From NCBI GenBank assembly GCA_913020725.1, contig CAJWCD010000060.1:1-21150 (forward strand): a stretch of DNA of 21,150 bases, given 5' to 3'. This DNA is from an uncultured Pseudomonadota bacterium (GTDB taxonomy: Bacteria > SAR324 > NAC60-12). Every line of letters begins with the position of its first letter. Within the stretch, counting starts at the first letter, position 1. Position numbers and translations under genes: made by a program. Shown one piece after another: positions 8,018 to 16,945 of the stretch. Under the pieces are notes generated by a model that had not been told where the DNA came from, ran no database searches, and saw only the letters and a list, made by a program, of their open reading frames with translations.

Positions 8018-9582
8018 TCGGAAATCCCGGTCAACGAAATGTTCTGAAAAGCTGGAACCTCCTGACCAAGTGCCTGCAAAACCGTGTCCGCGCTATCAAG
8101 CCCAGAGTCTTTGTCCAAGACTCGAAGCAGATCGGCAAAAATCTGCCACTCCGGGCGAGTCTGCCGTGGGGCTTGCACCGCGCTGTGGGTGCGCTGCACC
8201 CGTCGTTGCTTGTTCGTGTAGGTCGCGTTCTGCTCAGAATGCAGTTGTCCGGGAAGCACGACATCGGCAATCTCGGCCCAACCGTTGAAGAGTGTGCTGA
8301 TTGACACAATCAGTTGGGCTTTGCTGAGTGTCTCCCGAAGTTCCGTTGCGTTCTCAAACGGATTGCCGAGGACGATGACCACCTTGGGGTTTGCCGCAAG
8401 CGCGGTTGCAAGTTCTGCCGTGTCAGCCACTCCGGTGAGTCCAAGTTCGCGGGCACCGGCACGGTTCGGAGTCTTGTCTGTGGTGATGAGCGAATTAATG
8501 AAAAAATCAGATTCCGGCTGCTGCCAGTCTGGCATTGGGCAATAGACCTGCTCTGCACCTAAGCCGTCTTGTGCGAACTTCCTGAACATGAACAGCGCCT
8601 CGTTGCTGGCGTTCGTGTCGGTCAACACCAATACGTCTCCCGCTCCCGGATTGAGGGTGGAAATGCGCTCGGCGAGTGCCTGATACGCCTGTTCAAAGGA
8701 AACTGGCTGTAGCTTCCCCTGCACACGGCCCAGCGGTTTCATGATGCGGTTTTCGCGCTCGTTCATCACGCGGTAGCTGAGGCGTCCCTCATCACACATC
8801 CACCAGCGGTTGACGGCTGGATTCTCACGCGGCTTGAGCCGGAAGACCTCGTTCTTGTCGTACTCGATGGTGACATTGCAACCCGTGGAGCATCCAGTGC
8901 AAATCGACGGGGTTTTCTTGAGACGCCAGACGCGGCGCTTGAAGCGGAACTCCTTGTCCGTGATCGCTCCGACCGGGCAGATGTCCGCCATGTTGCCCTG
9001 AAACTTATTGGTCATTGGACGGTCGGCGTAGGTGTCCACCGTCAATTCATGCCCCCGGTTGTACATGCCAAACTCGTTGGTGCCCGTGACCTCGCGGGTG
9101 AAGCGGTCGCAGCGCGTACAGTGAATGCAGCGGTTGCGTTCCAGCGCGACGAAGGTGCCAATGTCCCGCCAACCATACACGCGCTTGGCGTACTCCATCT
9201 CGGACTTCCCCGTGCCGTGTTCAAAGGAATAATCCTGCAACACGCACTCGCCGGACTGATCGCAGATTGGGCAATCGAGCGGATGGTTGATGAGCAGAAA
9301 CTCCATCACATCTTCGCGGGCCTCTAGCGTCTTTGTGTTCTGCGTTTCCACCTTCATGCCCTCCACCGCGTCCATCGAACACGAGGTCTGGAGCTTCGGC
9401 ATCGGACGTCCATTGCCCATGTCCACCACGTCCACAAGGCACATGCGGCAGGTCGCCACCACCGAGAGTCCAGGATGGAAGCAGTAGTGTGGAACCTCGA
9501 CCCCGGCACGGAGCGCGGCGGACAGCACCTTCTCTCCCGGTTCAAACTCAACGGGCTGGCCATCCAAGTGGAAAACAGGCAT
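7942..9582 (-). CDS. nuoG: NADH-quinone oxidoreductase subunit G (short form, 546 aa)
   Basis: N1b motif YCFHPGLSVVATCRMC..SC, N5 motif HPLDCPICDQSGEC, N4 motif CIHCTRC..ICP, N7-type CTGCSTGC..MCD, and a molybdopterin-oxidoreductase-like C-terminus. Confidence 0.92.
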   Translation of the reverse strand: MPVFHLDGQPVEFEPGEKVLSAALRAGVEVPHYCFHPGLSVVATCRMCLVDVVDMGNGRPMPKLQTSCSMDAVEGMKVETQNTKTLEAREDVMEFLLINHPLDCPICDQSGECVLQDYSFEHGTGKSEMEYAKRVYGWRDIGTFVALERNRCIHCTRCDRFTREVTGTNEFGMYNRGHELTVDTYADRPMTNKFQGNMADICPVGAITDKEFRFKRRVWRLKKTPSICTGCSTGCNVTIEYDKNEVFRLKPRENPAVNRWWMCDEGRLSYRVMNERENRIMKPLGRVQGKLQPVSFEQAYQALAERISTLNPGAGDVLVLTDTNASNEALFMFRKFAQDGLGAEQVYCPMPDWQQPESDFFINSLITTDKTPNRAGARELGLTGVADTAELATALAANPKVVIVLGNPFENATELRETLSKAQLIVSISTLFNGWAEIADVVLPGQLHSEQNATYTNKQRRVQRTHSAVQAPRQTRPEWQIFADLLRVLDKDSGLDSADTVLQALGQEVPAFQNISLTGISEAGTLLPGESSDSGRSLVDLRTASA

Positions 9583-9707
9583 TGCTGGTTGCTGGTTGGT
9601 TTATAGTTGTCAGTTGTCAGTGTTCAGCTATCGGTTTCCGGCTTTGTTTCTCTGTCCACTGAACACGCTCTAAGCTTTGTCGCTCATCTGCCTTTTGCCT
9701 TCTGCCT
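9582..9707. repeat. Degenerate heptamer repeats in the nuoF-nuoG spacer
   Basis: TTGCTGG x2; GTTGTCA GTTGTCA GTGTTCA GCTATCG; TCTGCCT TTTGCCT TCTGCCT (9687-9707). Confidence 0.65.
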
Positions 9708-9710
9708 TAT

Positions 9711-10970
9711 TCAGGCAGCGAGGGCTTGGACCTCGCGGAACTCATCCGCGAATTTAGTCGTGAACGCTTGAATGGGCATGCCGCAGGCATCCCCAAGCGC
9801 ACAAACCGTGGTGCCTATCATGTTGCCACCCACACGGTGCAGACGCTTGAGCTTGCGCTCGTTGCCGTTACCGTCAAGAAAGTCCCGGATGATCATGCGT
9901 GCCCAGTGCGTGCCTTCACGGCAGGGGGTGCATTGTCCGCAGGATTCATGGCTGAAGAAGCGGACGATACGGTGCAACAGCTTGACGGAATCCGTGTCTT
10001 CATCAAACACCATGATCGCCGCCGAACCCATCATCGTTCCGGCTTTGGCGAGGGCATCAAAGGAGTAGGTGACATCAATCTCAGCGGCAGTCAGCACGGA
10101 AGAGGACGCGCCTCCCGGAATCACCCCCTTGAGCTTTTTGCCGTTGGGAATGCCGCCACCGAGATCGTAAATGATGTCCTTGAGGTTCGCGTCCAGCCGC
10201 ACCTCATAGACTCCGGGCTTGTTGACGTGTCCGCTGAGGCTGATGAGGTGAGTGCCCGCGTTGTTCTCCGGGCCGAACGATTTGAACACCTCTGCGCCTT
10301 CGTTGACAATGAAGGGCAGGCAGGCAAGCGTTTCAACATTGTTCACCGTCGTCGGGCAGGCGTTGAATCCGGAAACTGCCGGGAAGGGCGGCTTGACTCG
10401 CGGATGGCCGCGCTTGCCCTCAATCGAATCGAGCAGGGCGGTTTCCTCCCCGCAGATGTAAGCCCCGGCTCCAGGGTGGACGGTCAGGTCGAGCTTTGGC
10501 CCTTTGCCGAGCAGTTTTTCACCAAGGATGCCGTCATCGTACAACTCCTGCACCGCCGCGTTGAGCGACTTGATGGAGGGCCAGTATTCGCCCCGGACGT
10601 AGATATACCCGTGTCGGCAGCCAATGGCGAGGCAACTGATCATCATGCCCTCCAGAAATTGATGCGGGTCGTGGAGCATCAGCTCACGGTCCTTGCAGGT
10701 TCCGGGTTCGGATTCGTCGGCGTTGCAGACGAGGTAAGTCGGCTTGCCCGTACCCTTCGCCATGAAACTCCACTTGAGTCCGGTCGGGAAGCCTGCGCCA
10801 CCGCGTCCCCGCAGTCCGGAATCTTTCGTGAGTTGCACAATTTCGCCGGGCTGCATCTCCAGCGCCTTCCTCAGTGCCGTGAAGCCGCCTGTCTTTTTGT
10901 AGCCCTTGAGGGATTTGTCGTAGTCGGAGTTCCGGATGTTCCGGAAGAGTACCAGCGTTTCCTCAAGCAT
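9711..10970 (-). CDS. nuoF: NADH-quinone oxidoreductase subunit F
   Basis: GLRGRGGAGFPTGLKW, NADESEPGT, GAGAYICGEETAL, ESCGQCTPCREG..C. Confidence 0.97.
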   Translation of the reverse strand: MLEETLVLFRNIRNSDYDKSLKGYKKTGGFTALRKALEMQPGEIVQLTKDSGLRGRGGAGFPTGLKWSFMAKGTGKPTYLVCNADESEPGTCKDRELMLHDPHQFLEGMMISCLAIGCRHGYIYVRGEYWPSIKSLNAAVQELYDDGILGEKLLGKGPKLDLTVHPGAGAYICGEETALLDSIEGKRGHPRVKPPFPAVSGFNACPTTVNNVETLACLPFIVNEGAEVFKSFGPENNAGTHLISLSGHVNKPGVYEVRLDANLKDIIYDLGGGIPNGKKLKGVIPGGASSSVLTAAEIDVTYSFDALAKAGTMMGSAAIMVFDEDTDSVKLLHRIVRFFSHESCGQCTPCREGTHWARMIIRDFLDGNGNERKLKRLHRVGGNMIGTTVCALGDACGMPIQAFTTKFADEFREVQALAA

Positions 10971-11484
10971 GGGCCTGTCCTTGTGTACGCAGTTTGTCCA
11001 GCAGTCGGTCCAGCTTCTCCGGATTCATCTGCTCGTGGTAGTCCTCGTTGACGATCACAGCAGGGGCGTAGCTGCAGGCGCCGATGCACTCGACCTCTTC
11101 CACACTAAACACGCCATCGTCCGCCGTGTGGCCCGCGTGCGTGTCCAGCTGCTGCTCCACATGCTCCAAAAGCTCTTCGCCGCCCAGCAGACAGCAAGGC
11201 ACACAGGTGCAAACCTGCAGATGAAACTTTCCGGGCTTCTCCAGCTTGTACATCGTGTAGAAGCTGATGACGCCTTCAACGTGGGTTTGGGAAACCTCGC
11301 AGATGCCCGCCACCTCTTCAAGCAGTTCCGGGGTTAGGTAGCCTGCGTTGGCCTTTTGCACCACATGCAGGATCGGCAGTAGAGCGTTGCGCTTGATGGG
11401 ATAGCGGCTGAGGAGTTGCGTGATTTCCTTCTGAGTGTCCGGAGCAAGCAAGCGAGCGTTTGGGGTTGGAGTTTGAAAAACCAA
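10963..11484 (-). CDS. nuoE: NADH-quinone oxidoreductase subunit E
   Basis: [2Fe-2S] motifs CTCVPC and CIGAC, plus ALLPILH and SFYTMY. Overlaps the nuoF start. The TTG start is uncertain. Confidence 0.9.
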   Translation of the reverse strand: MVFQTPTPNARLLAPDTQKEITQLLSRYPIKRNALLPILHVVQKANAGYLTPELLEEVAGICEVSQTHVEGVISFYTMYKLEKPGKFHLQVCTCVPCCLLGGEELLEHVEQQLDTHAGHTADDGVFSVEEVECIGACSYAPAVIVNEDYHEQMNPEKLDRLLDKLRTQGQAHA

Positions 11485-11748
11485 TTTTCAGTTCAAGCAA
11501 CCATGTTTTAGCCAATACCCTGCGAACAAGCAAATGGTTTCTTGGAATCTTCGTCAGAAATGATGAATTCGCACGGATTTTCACAAAGTGGCAATTTTCC
11601 CACGACTCGACACCTGAATTCACCCACCCTGAGAGGATAAGCGGATTTTTGTTGTTGATTTGCACAATTTTCTTGAATTCTCCTGAAAAACATGCAAGTC
11701 TTTTAGAAAAGTTGACACCCTTAGATTACTACAACAGGAGAAAGTCAC

Positions 11749-13458
11749 ATGAACGGTGCACAAGTTGTGATCGAGGCATTTGAACGCGAGGACGTTGATT
11801 TTGTGTTTGGGTACCCGGGCGGAGCGTGCATGCCCATTTTTGACGCCTTGGTGGATGCCTCGAAACTCAAGCTCGTCCTCGTCCGGCACGAACAGGGCGG
11901 CACCCACATGGCAGATGGCTATGCCCGCGCCACTGGCAAGCCCGGCGTGGTCCTCGTCACTTCCGGTCCCGGTGCAACGAACACGGTCACCGGATTGCTC
12001 ACCGCCCAGATGGATTCAGTCCCGCTAGTTGTGGTCACGGGCCAGACGCTCACAGTGAACCTCGGCAAGGACGCCTTTCAGGAAGCCGATGTCTTTGGAG
12101 TCACCATGCCGGTGGTCAAGCACAGCTACCTCGTCAAGGACATCAACGACTTGCCTCGCGTACTGAAAGAGGCGTTTTACATTGCCAGTTCCGGGCGTCC
12201 GGGGCCGGTGTTGGTAGACATTCCCAAGGACGTGCAGACCGCCGAATGCACCGCCGACTTCCCAGACAAAGTGGACATGCCCGGTTATCAGGTGCAGACC
12301 CGCTGCGATCCGGACGACTTGCAACGCACGGCAGATCTGCTCATGAACTCCAAACGCCCACTGCTTTATGTGGGGGCAGGCGCAGTGATCTCCCAAGCCG
12401 GAAAGCAGGTGCGGGCCTTGGCCGAAAAGCTGGGGGCACCGGTCACCACCACTCTGCTCGGCAAGGGAGCGTTTCCGGAAACCCATGAATTGTCCGTGGG
12501 AATGCTTGGGATGCACGGCACCGCCTACGCGAACAAGACGGTGGTGGACTGTGATTTGATCATGGCCATCGGCGCCCGCTGGGACGACCGTATCACCGGC
12601 AAGGTCAGTGCCTTCTGTCCGGAGGCCGTCAAGATTCACATCGACATCGACCCCGCCGAGTTTGGCAAGATCATCCAGCCCGATATCTCACTTCAGGGTG
12701 ATGCGAGCCTTGTGCTCGCAGACTTGCTTCCGCTCGTGAAACCTCTCAAGACCAAGCCGTGGCTCACACAGATCGCGAAGTGGAAACGACGGCATCCCCT
12801 CAAGTACCCCAAGCGCGGCGGCTTGCGGGCACAGCATGTTCTTGACGAACTGAACCGACTCACAGAATCGCGTGGTGTGATCGCCACCGACGTGGGGCAG
12901 CATCAGATGTGGGCGGCACAGTTCTGCAAATCCTCCCGCGAGCGTCAGTGGCTCTCCAGCGGCGGAGCCGGAACGATGGGTTACGGACTCCCAGCAGCTA
13001 TTGGCGCACAGTTTGGATGTCCGGATGATCTGGTGATTGCCGTGGTGGGTGATGGCGGCTTCCAGATGACGCAGTTCGAACTGGCCACGGCAGCAATCCA
13101 CAAGCTCCCGATCAAGATCCTCGTCATCAACAACAGCTACCTCGGCATGGTCCGGCAGTGGCAGCAGTTGTTCTTTGACAACCGCGAGAGCGGCGTGGGC
13201 ATGGAGGGCAATCCGGACTTCGTGAAACTCGCCGAAGCCTATGGGATCAAGAGCTTCCGCATCCGCCGTGCTGGAGATGTCACCCGCATTCTCAAGAAGG
13301 CCCTGGACTACAACGCTGGCCCGGTGTTGATTGATGCCGTGGTGGTCAAGGCCGATAACGTGTTCCCGATGATTCCTTCAGGCGCTCCGGTCGCAGACAT
13401 GTTGATCGATGAGCCGCCTCCAACCACCAAGCTCGAAAAACCTGTCGGCAGCACCTGA
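11749..13458 (+). CDS. ilvB: Acetolactate synthase large subunit (biosynthetic type)
   Basis: FGYPGG, RHEQ, TSGPGATN, GMLGMHG, DVGQHQMW, GTMGYGLPAAIGA, GDGG...NN TPP motif. CAGGAG RBS. Confidence 0.96.
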   Translation: MNGAQVVIEAFEREDVDFVFGYPGGACMPIFDALVDASKLKLVLVRHEQGGTHMADGYARATGKPGVVLVTSGPGATNTVTGLLTAQMDSVPLVVVTGQTLTVNLGKDAFQEADVFGVTMPVVKHSYLVKDINDLPRVLKEAFYIASSGRPGPVLVDIPKDVQTAECTADFPDKVDMPGYQVQTRCDPDDLQRTADLLMNSKRPLLYVGAGAVISQAGKQVRALAEKLGAPVTTTLLGKGAFPETHELSVGMLGMHGTAYANKTVVDCDLIMAIGARWDDRITGKVSAFCPEAVKIHIDIDPAEFGKIIQPDISLQGDASLVLADLLPLVKPLKTKPWLTQIAKWKRRHPLKYPKRGGLRAQHVLDELNRLTESRGVIATDVGQHQMWAAQFCKSSRERQWLSSGGAGTMGYGLPAAIGAQFGCPDDLVIAVVGDGGFQMTQFELATAAIHKLPIKILVINNSYLGMVRQWQQLFFDNRESGVGMEGNPDFVKLAEAYGIKSFRIRRAGDVTRILKKALDYNAGPVLIDAVVVKADNVFPMIPSGAPVADMLIDEPPPTTKLEKPVGST

Positions 13459-13510
13459 TTGCATTGAGCATCCACCCTTCAGAAGTCTGGACCCTGCCTC
13501 ATGGGTTCTA

Positions 13511-13552
13511 GGCTCCTGAATTCTGACTCCTGAATTCTGACTCCTGACCCTC
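13511..13552. repeat. Heptamer tandem repeat between ilvB and ilvN
   Basis: GGCTCCT GAATTCT GACTCCT GAATTCT GACTCCT GACCCTC. Confidence 0.8.
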
Positions 13553-14044
13553 ATGGAAGAGCAATTCACCATCAGCATCTTCGTCAATAACAAGCCCGGC
13601 GTCCTCGTCAGGATCGCCCAAACCTTCGCCCGGCGCGGCTACAACGTGGCATCCCTCGTCGTTTCCGCCGCACACGATCCGCAGTTCTCGCGGATGACTG
13701 TGGTGGTGATCGGCAATCCGGTTGACTTCGACCAGATCCTCCGGCAGCTCAACAAACTCGTGGATGTCGTCCACGCCTCGCACCACGAATCATCGGATTC
13801 CGTGGATCGTGAAATGGCACTCTTCAAGGTCGAGGTCGAGCCGGAATTGCGCTCAGCAGTGTTTCAGGTGGTGGAGGTCTTCCGGGCCAAGACGGTGGAC
13901 ATCACCGAGCGGTCACTCATCATCGAGACCACCGGGAATTCCTCGAAGATTGATGCGCTGGAGCGGCTGCTGGGCACGATGGGGCTGGTGGAGATGGTCC
14001 GGACCGGCAAGCTCATCATGGCCCGAGGTGCCGCAGAAACTTGA
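13553..14044 (+). CDS. ilvN: Acetolactate synthase small (regulatory) subunit
   Basis: ACT domain NKPGVLVRIAQTFARRGYNV, QLNKLVDV, REMALFKV, EMVRTG. Directly downstream of ilvB. Confidence 0.95.
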   Translation: MEEQFTISIFVNNKPGVLVRIAQTFARRGYNVASLVVSAAHDPQFSRMTVVVIGNPVDFDQILRQLNKLVDVVHASHHESSDSVDREMALFKVEVEPELRSAVFQVVEVFRAKTVDITERSLIIETTGNSSKIDALERLLGTMGLVEMVRTGKLIMARGAAET

Positions 14045-14046
14045 GT

Positions 14047-14280
14047 TCAGAGAAACCGGGAGACGAGGTACTTCTTGATGGTTTCGGATTCCTTCATCGT
14101 CTTGCCCTCCACCACCAAGCACGGCACGGTCTTGTTGCCGGTGCGCTCAATCAGTTCTGCCTCAAACTCCGGATGCTCCCGGATGTTCTTCAGTTCCACC
14201 TGATCCAGCACCTTGAGATTCCTGAGCGTGTTCAGCACTGCCTGCGAAAAACCGCACGCTTCGTAGTAGTACAGTTCCAT
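14047..14280 (-). CDS. Small glutaredoxin-like protein with CGFS active site
   Basis: 77 aa, MELYYYEACGFS...TGNKTVPCL...ES..I..YL. Thioredoxin fold with the cis-Pro TVP motif. Confidence 0.85.
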   Translation of the reverse strand: MELYYYEACGFSQAVLNTLRNLKVLDQVELKNIREHPEFEAELIERTGNKTVPCLVVEGKTMKESETIKKYLVSRFL

Positions 14281-14325
14281 TGGAGTTTTGGAAATGCGGA
14301 CACCGCAGCGCCCGCATGAGAGGGG

Positions 14326-14790
14326 TCAGCTGTTGTTGATTTTTTGGCACTCGGCCAGCAAATCGGCGGCGTAGCGTCGGCCTCCGGCCTCGACCAGCGC
14401 GGCGTAGCGCACCACGCCTTGCTTGTCAATGATCACGGTCGAGCGGGCGATGAGACCCCTCTTCTCCAAGTACACCCCATATGACTGGGCCATTGCGCCC
14501 TTGGGATGGAAGTCCGCCAGCAGTGGGTACGAAACCCCACCGAGGGAACTGGCCCAGTTGTCATGGCTGAACTTGCTGTCCACGCTCACACCCAGAACCT
14601 GAGTGTCTGCGGCCTTGAAGTCGGCGATGCTCTGCTCCAAGTCCGGAATCTCCTTGCTTCAAGTGGACGTCCAGTCGAGGGGGTAGAAGACGAGCATGAC
14701 ATGCTTCTGTCCCTTGAATTGACTCAGGGAAAATTCCCCAAGCTGGCTGTCCAACGTGAAGTCCGAAGCCTGTGATCCAACCTCGATCAT
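14326..14790 (-). CDS. Peroxiredoxin (AhpC/TSA family, AhpE-like), putative selenoprotein with UGA at codon 44
   Basis: AAGGAG RBS and ATG 14790 give MIEVGSQASDFTLDSQLGEFSLSQFKGQKHVMLVFYPLDWTST-[TGA 14661-14659]-SKEIPDLEQSIADFKAADTQVLGVSVDS...LLADF...ARSTVIIDKQGVVRY. The TGA occupies the C of the PxxxTxxC motif and the frame continues to 154 aa. Confidence 0.9.
14635..14648 (-). promoter_or_regulatory. Candidate bacterial SECIS upper stem-loop
   Basis: mRNA UGA-AGCAAGGAGA-UUCC-GGACUU-GGAG: a short stem starting at +11 after the UGA with a G-initiated apical loop. The stem is short and was not folded computationally. Confidence 0.45.
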
Positions 14791-14948
14791 GTGCACTCCT
14801 TTGCTTGATGTTAGAAATTGAGAGTCCGCGCCACAAGCGGTGTAGGTGGATTTATTGGAGCGATTTCCACGAATATAGGCAAGGCGTTTTCAAGGTCAAC
14901 GAGAGAGTGCTCCCCGTCTGAACTCCGGAACTGAAAAAACGCTTGGAG

Positions 14949-14987
14949 AATTTGCAGTTCTTGACTAGAATATAGAACTGCCAAATT
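14949..14987. promoter_or_regulatory. Inverted repeat (candidate operator) in the prx / rubrerythrin divergent promoter region
   Basis: AATTTGCAGTTCT-N12-AGAACTGC(C)AAATT, overlapping a TTGACT -35-like hexamer (14961-14966). Confidence 0.45.
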
Positions 14988-15047
14988 GCAGTTTTGTCGT
15001 TAATTCCCTAACGCTCCTGCGGGAGCATTTCATCTAAAAAGGAGACT

Positions 15048-15467
15048 ATGCCAAATCTGGACGGAACCAAAACACACGAGAACCTCAAAGACGCCTTCGC
15101 AGGGGAGTCTCAAGCCAATCGCCGCTACCTCTGGATGGCCAAGGCTGCCGATGTTGAGGGCTTCCCGGAAATTGCCGGAAATTTCCGGCAGACCGCCGAA
15201 GGAGAAACTGGCCACGCCCACGGACACCTCGACTACCTCCAGCAGGTGGGTGATCCTGCCACAGGTCTGCCCATCGGAGAAACCCCGGAAAACCTGAAGG
15301 CCTCCATCGCTGGGGAAACCCACGAGTACACGGACATGTATCCGGGCATGGCAAAATCCGCCCGCGAGGAAGGCTTCGGTGAAATCGCCGACTGGTTCGA
15401 GACCCTCGCCAAGGCCGAGAAATCCCACGCCGGACGCTTCCAGCAAATGCTCAACAGCGTCTCCTGA
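15048..15467 (+). CDS. Rubrerythrin-family protein, short form without the rubredoxin domain
   Basis: [40 protein letters not shown] di-iron ligands, and no C-terminal CxxC. AAGGAG RBS. Confidence 0.93.
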   Translation: MPNLDGTKTHENLKDAFAGESQANRRYLWMAKAADVEGFPEIAGNFRQTAEGETGHAHGHLDYLQQVGDPATGLPIGETPENLKASIAGETHEYTDMYPGMAKSAREEGFGEIADWFETLAKAEKSHAGRFQQMLNSVS

Positions 15468-15583
15468 TTGCACCGTTGGGAACCCAAGCGTTCGTGCTGC
15501 AATTGTGGCGCGAACGCCCCACCTTTTTATATTTCCCGGCACCCTTGCCTGTCTGCTTCCTCCGCTAAGAACAGGTTTCTGAC

Positions 15584-16945
15584 ATGAGCACTGAATCCGA
15601 AAACATCTCCTATCTGCCCTCGGACGGCCTCTGCTACGATCCGAGCGAACCCAAGTATTGGGACGAGTCGGCCTTCCAAAAGGAACTCACTCGCGCCTAC
15701 GAAATCTGCCACGGTTGCCGCAGGTGCTTCAAGTACTGCGACTCCTTCCCCACGCTCTTCGATTTGCTCGACCAGCAGTACGACGGAGATGTCCGGAAGG
15801 TGAACGCGCAGGACACCGAGCGCATCATGAACGCCTGTTTCCAGTGCAAGCTTTGCGAGGTGCAGTGCCCGTACACCCCCCGTGAGGAGCACGAATTCCA
15901 GCTCGATTTCCCGAAGCTTGTCCACCGCTACAAGGCGCTTGAGGCAAAGCAACGACCACCCTCGCTACGAGATCGGGTGCTGCGTGATCCGGACGCTTCC
16001 GCCAAGGCGGCGCGGGCCAGCTTCGGCCTTGCCAACGCAATGAACCGCGCCAAGGCGCACCGCTGGCTGCTGGAAAAGGCACTCGGCATTCACCGGGACA
16101 AGGAGCTTCCGGATTTTGCCCCACGGACCTTTGAGCAAATTGCCGGGGATCGTGGGAAAATCCAGTCGGCGACCGAGGGTGTCGAGGCGGTGCTGTTTCA
16201 GACGTGTTACGTCCAGAACAACGAGCCGCAGATTGGGCAGGACACTTTGGAGGTGTTGGAGCGGAGTCAGGTCAACTGCGCCTGTGCCAAGGGACTCCAG
16301 TGCTGCGGGATGCCTGCGTGGGAACAGGGCAACTTGGAACTCGTCCGCAAGCAAGCCCAGCACAACCTCGATGTGCTGCTGCCTTATGTCGCGTCCGGAG
16401 CAAAGGTGCTGGCGATCAACCCAACCTGTTCGATGATGATGTCCCGCGAATATCCGGAACTGCTTGCAGGCAAGGATCGGGAACGGGCGCAGCAGCTTGC
16501 AGAAGCGGTACAGAACCCCGCTGATTTCCTCTGGAAGATCCGCAAGGAGGAACGTTTCAACAAGGATTTCAAAAGCACTCCGGGGGAGAAAGTGGCCTAC
16601 CACGCCCCGTGCCACTTGCGCACACAAGGAGTCGGCTTCAAGGGGCGTGACCTGCTCCGGCAGATTCCCGGAGTGAAACCCACGACCACGATGGAATGCT
16701 GTGGACACGATGGCACCTATGCCATGAAGGTCGAGTCCTTCGAGGATTCCGGACGCATCGGCAAGAAGGCATTTGACGGCATGAAGGACGCCCGTGCAGA
16801 AGTCTGGGCGACTGACTGCCCACTGGCCGCGATTCAGTTCGGACAATTTGCGGGAGTCCGCGCCATGCACCCCATGTCCATCCTCGCCCGTGCCTACCGC
16901 GAGGACGGTTTCCCCCAAAAAATCACACCATCCGAAGAAGTTTAA
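15584..16945 (+). CDS. Rubrerythrin-associated Fe-S oxidoreductase (GlpC/HdrD-like, two 4Fe-4S motifs + two CCG domains)
   Basis: CHGCRRCFKYC, CFQCKLCEVQCP, QCCGMP, YHAPCH, ECCGHDGTY, TDCPLA. Confidence 0.88.
   Translation: MSTESENISYLPSDGLCYDPSEPKYWDESAFQKELTRAYEICHGCRRCFKYCDSFPTLFDLLDQQYDGDVRKVNAQDTERIMNACFQCKLCEVQCPYTPREEHEFQLDFPKLVHRYKALEAKQRPPSLRDRVLRDPDASAKAARASFGLANAMNRAKAHRWLLEKALGIHRDKELPDFAPRTFEQIAGDRGKIQSATEGVEAVLFQTCYVQNNEPQIGQDTLEVLERSQVNCACAKGLQCCGMPAWEQGNLELVRKQAQHNLDVLLPYVASGAKVLAINPTCSMMMSREYPELLAGKDRERAQQLAEAVQNPADFLWKIRKEERFNKDFKSTPGEKVAYHAPCHLRTQGVGFKGRDLLRQIPGVKPTTTMECCGHDGTYAMKVESFEDSGRIGKKAFDGMKDARAEVWATDCPLAAIQFGQFAGVRAMHPMSILARAYREDGFPQKITPSEEV

Noticed and set aside
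9726..11051. 441-aa plus-strand ORF
   Set aside because: Antisense shadow of nuoF/nuoE with no recognisable motifs. Such ORFs are common in GC-rich coding DNA.
11485..11748. Possible ilv attenuator or riboswitch in the nuoE-ilvB spacer
   Set aside because: No Ile/Leu/Val-rich leader with a terminator and no recognisable riboswitch core. TTGACA at 11712 lacks a properly spaced -10.
14326..14640. 104-aa ORF as the complete gene
   Set aside because: Lacks the peroxiredoxin active site. It is the part downstream of the in-frame UGA of the 154-codon gene.
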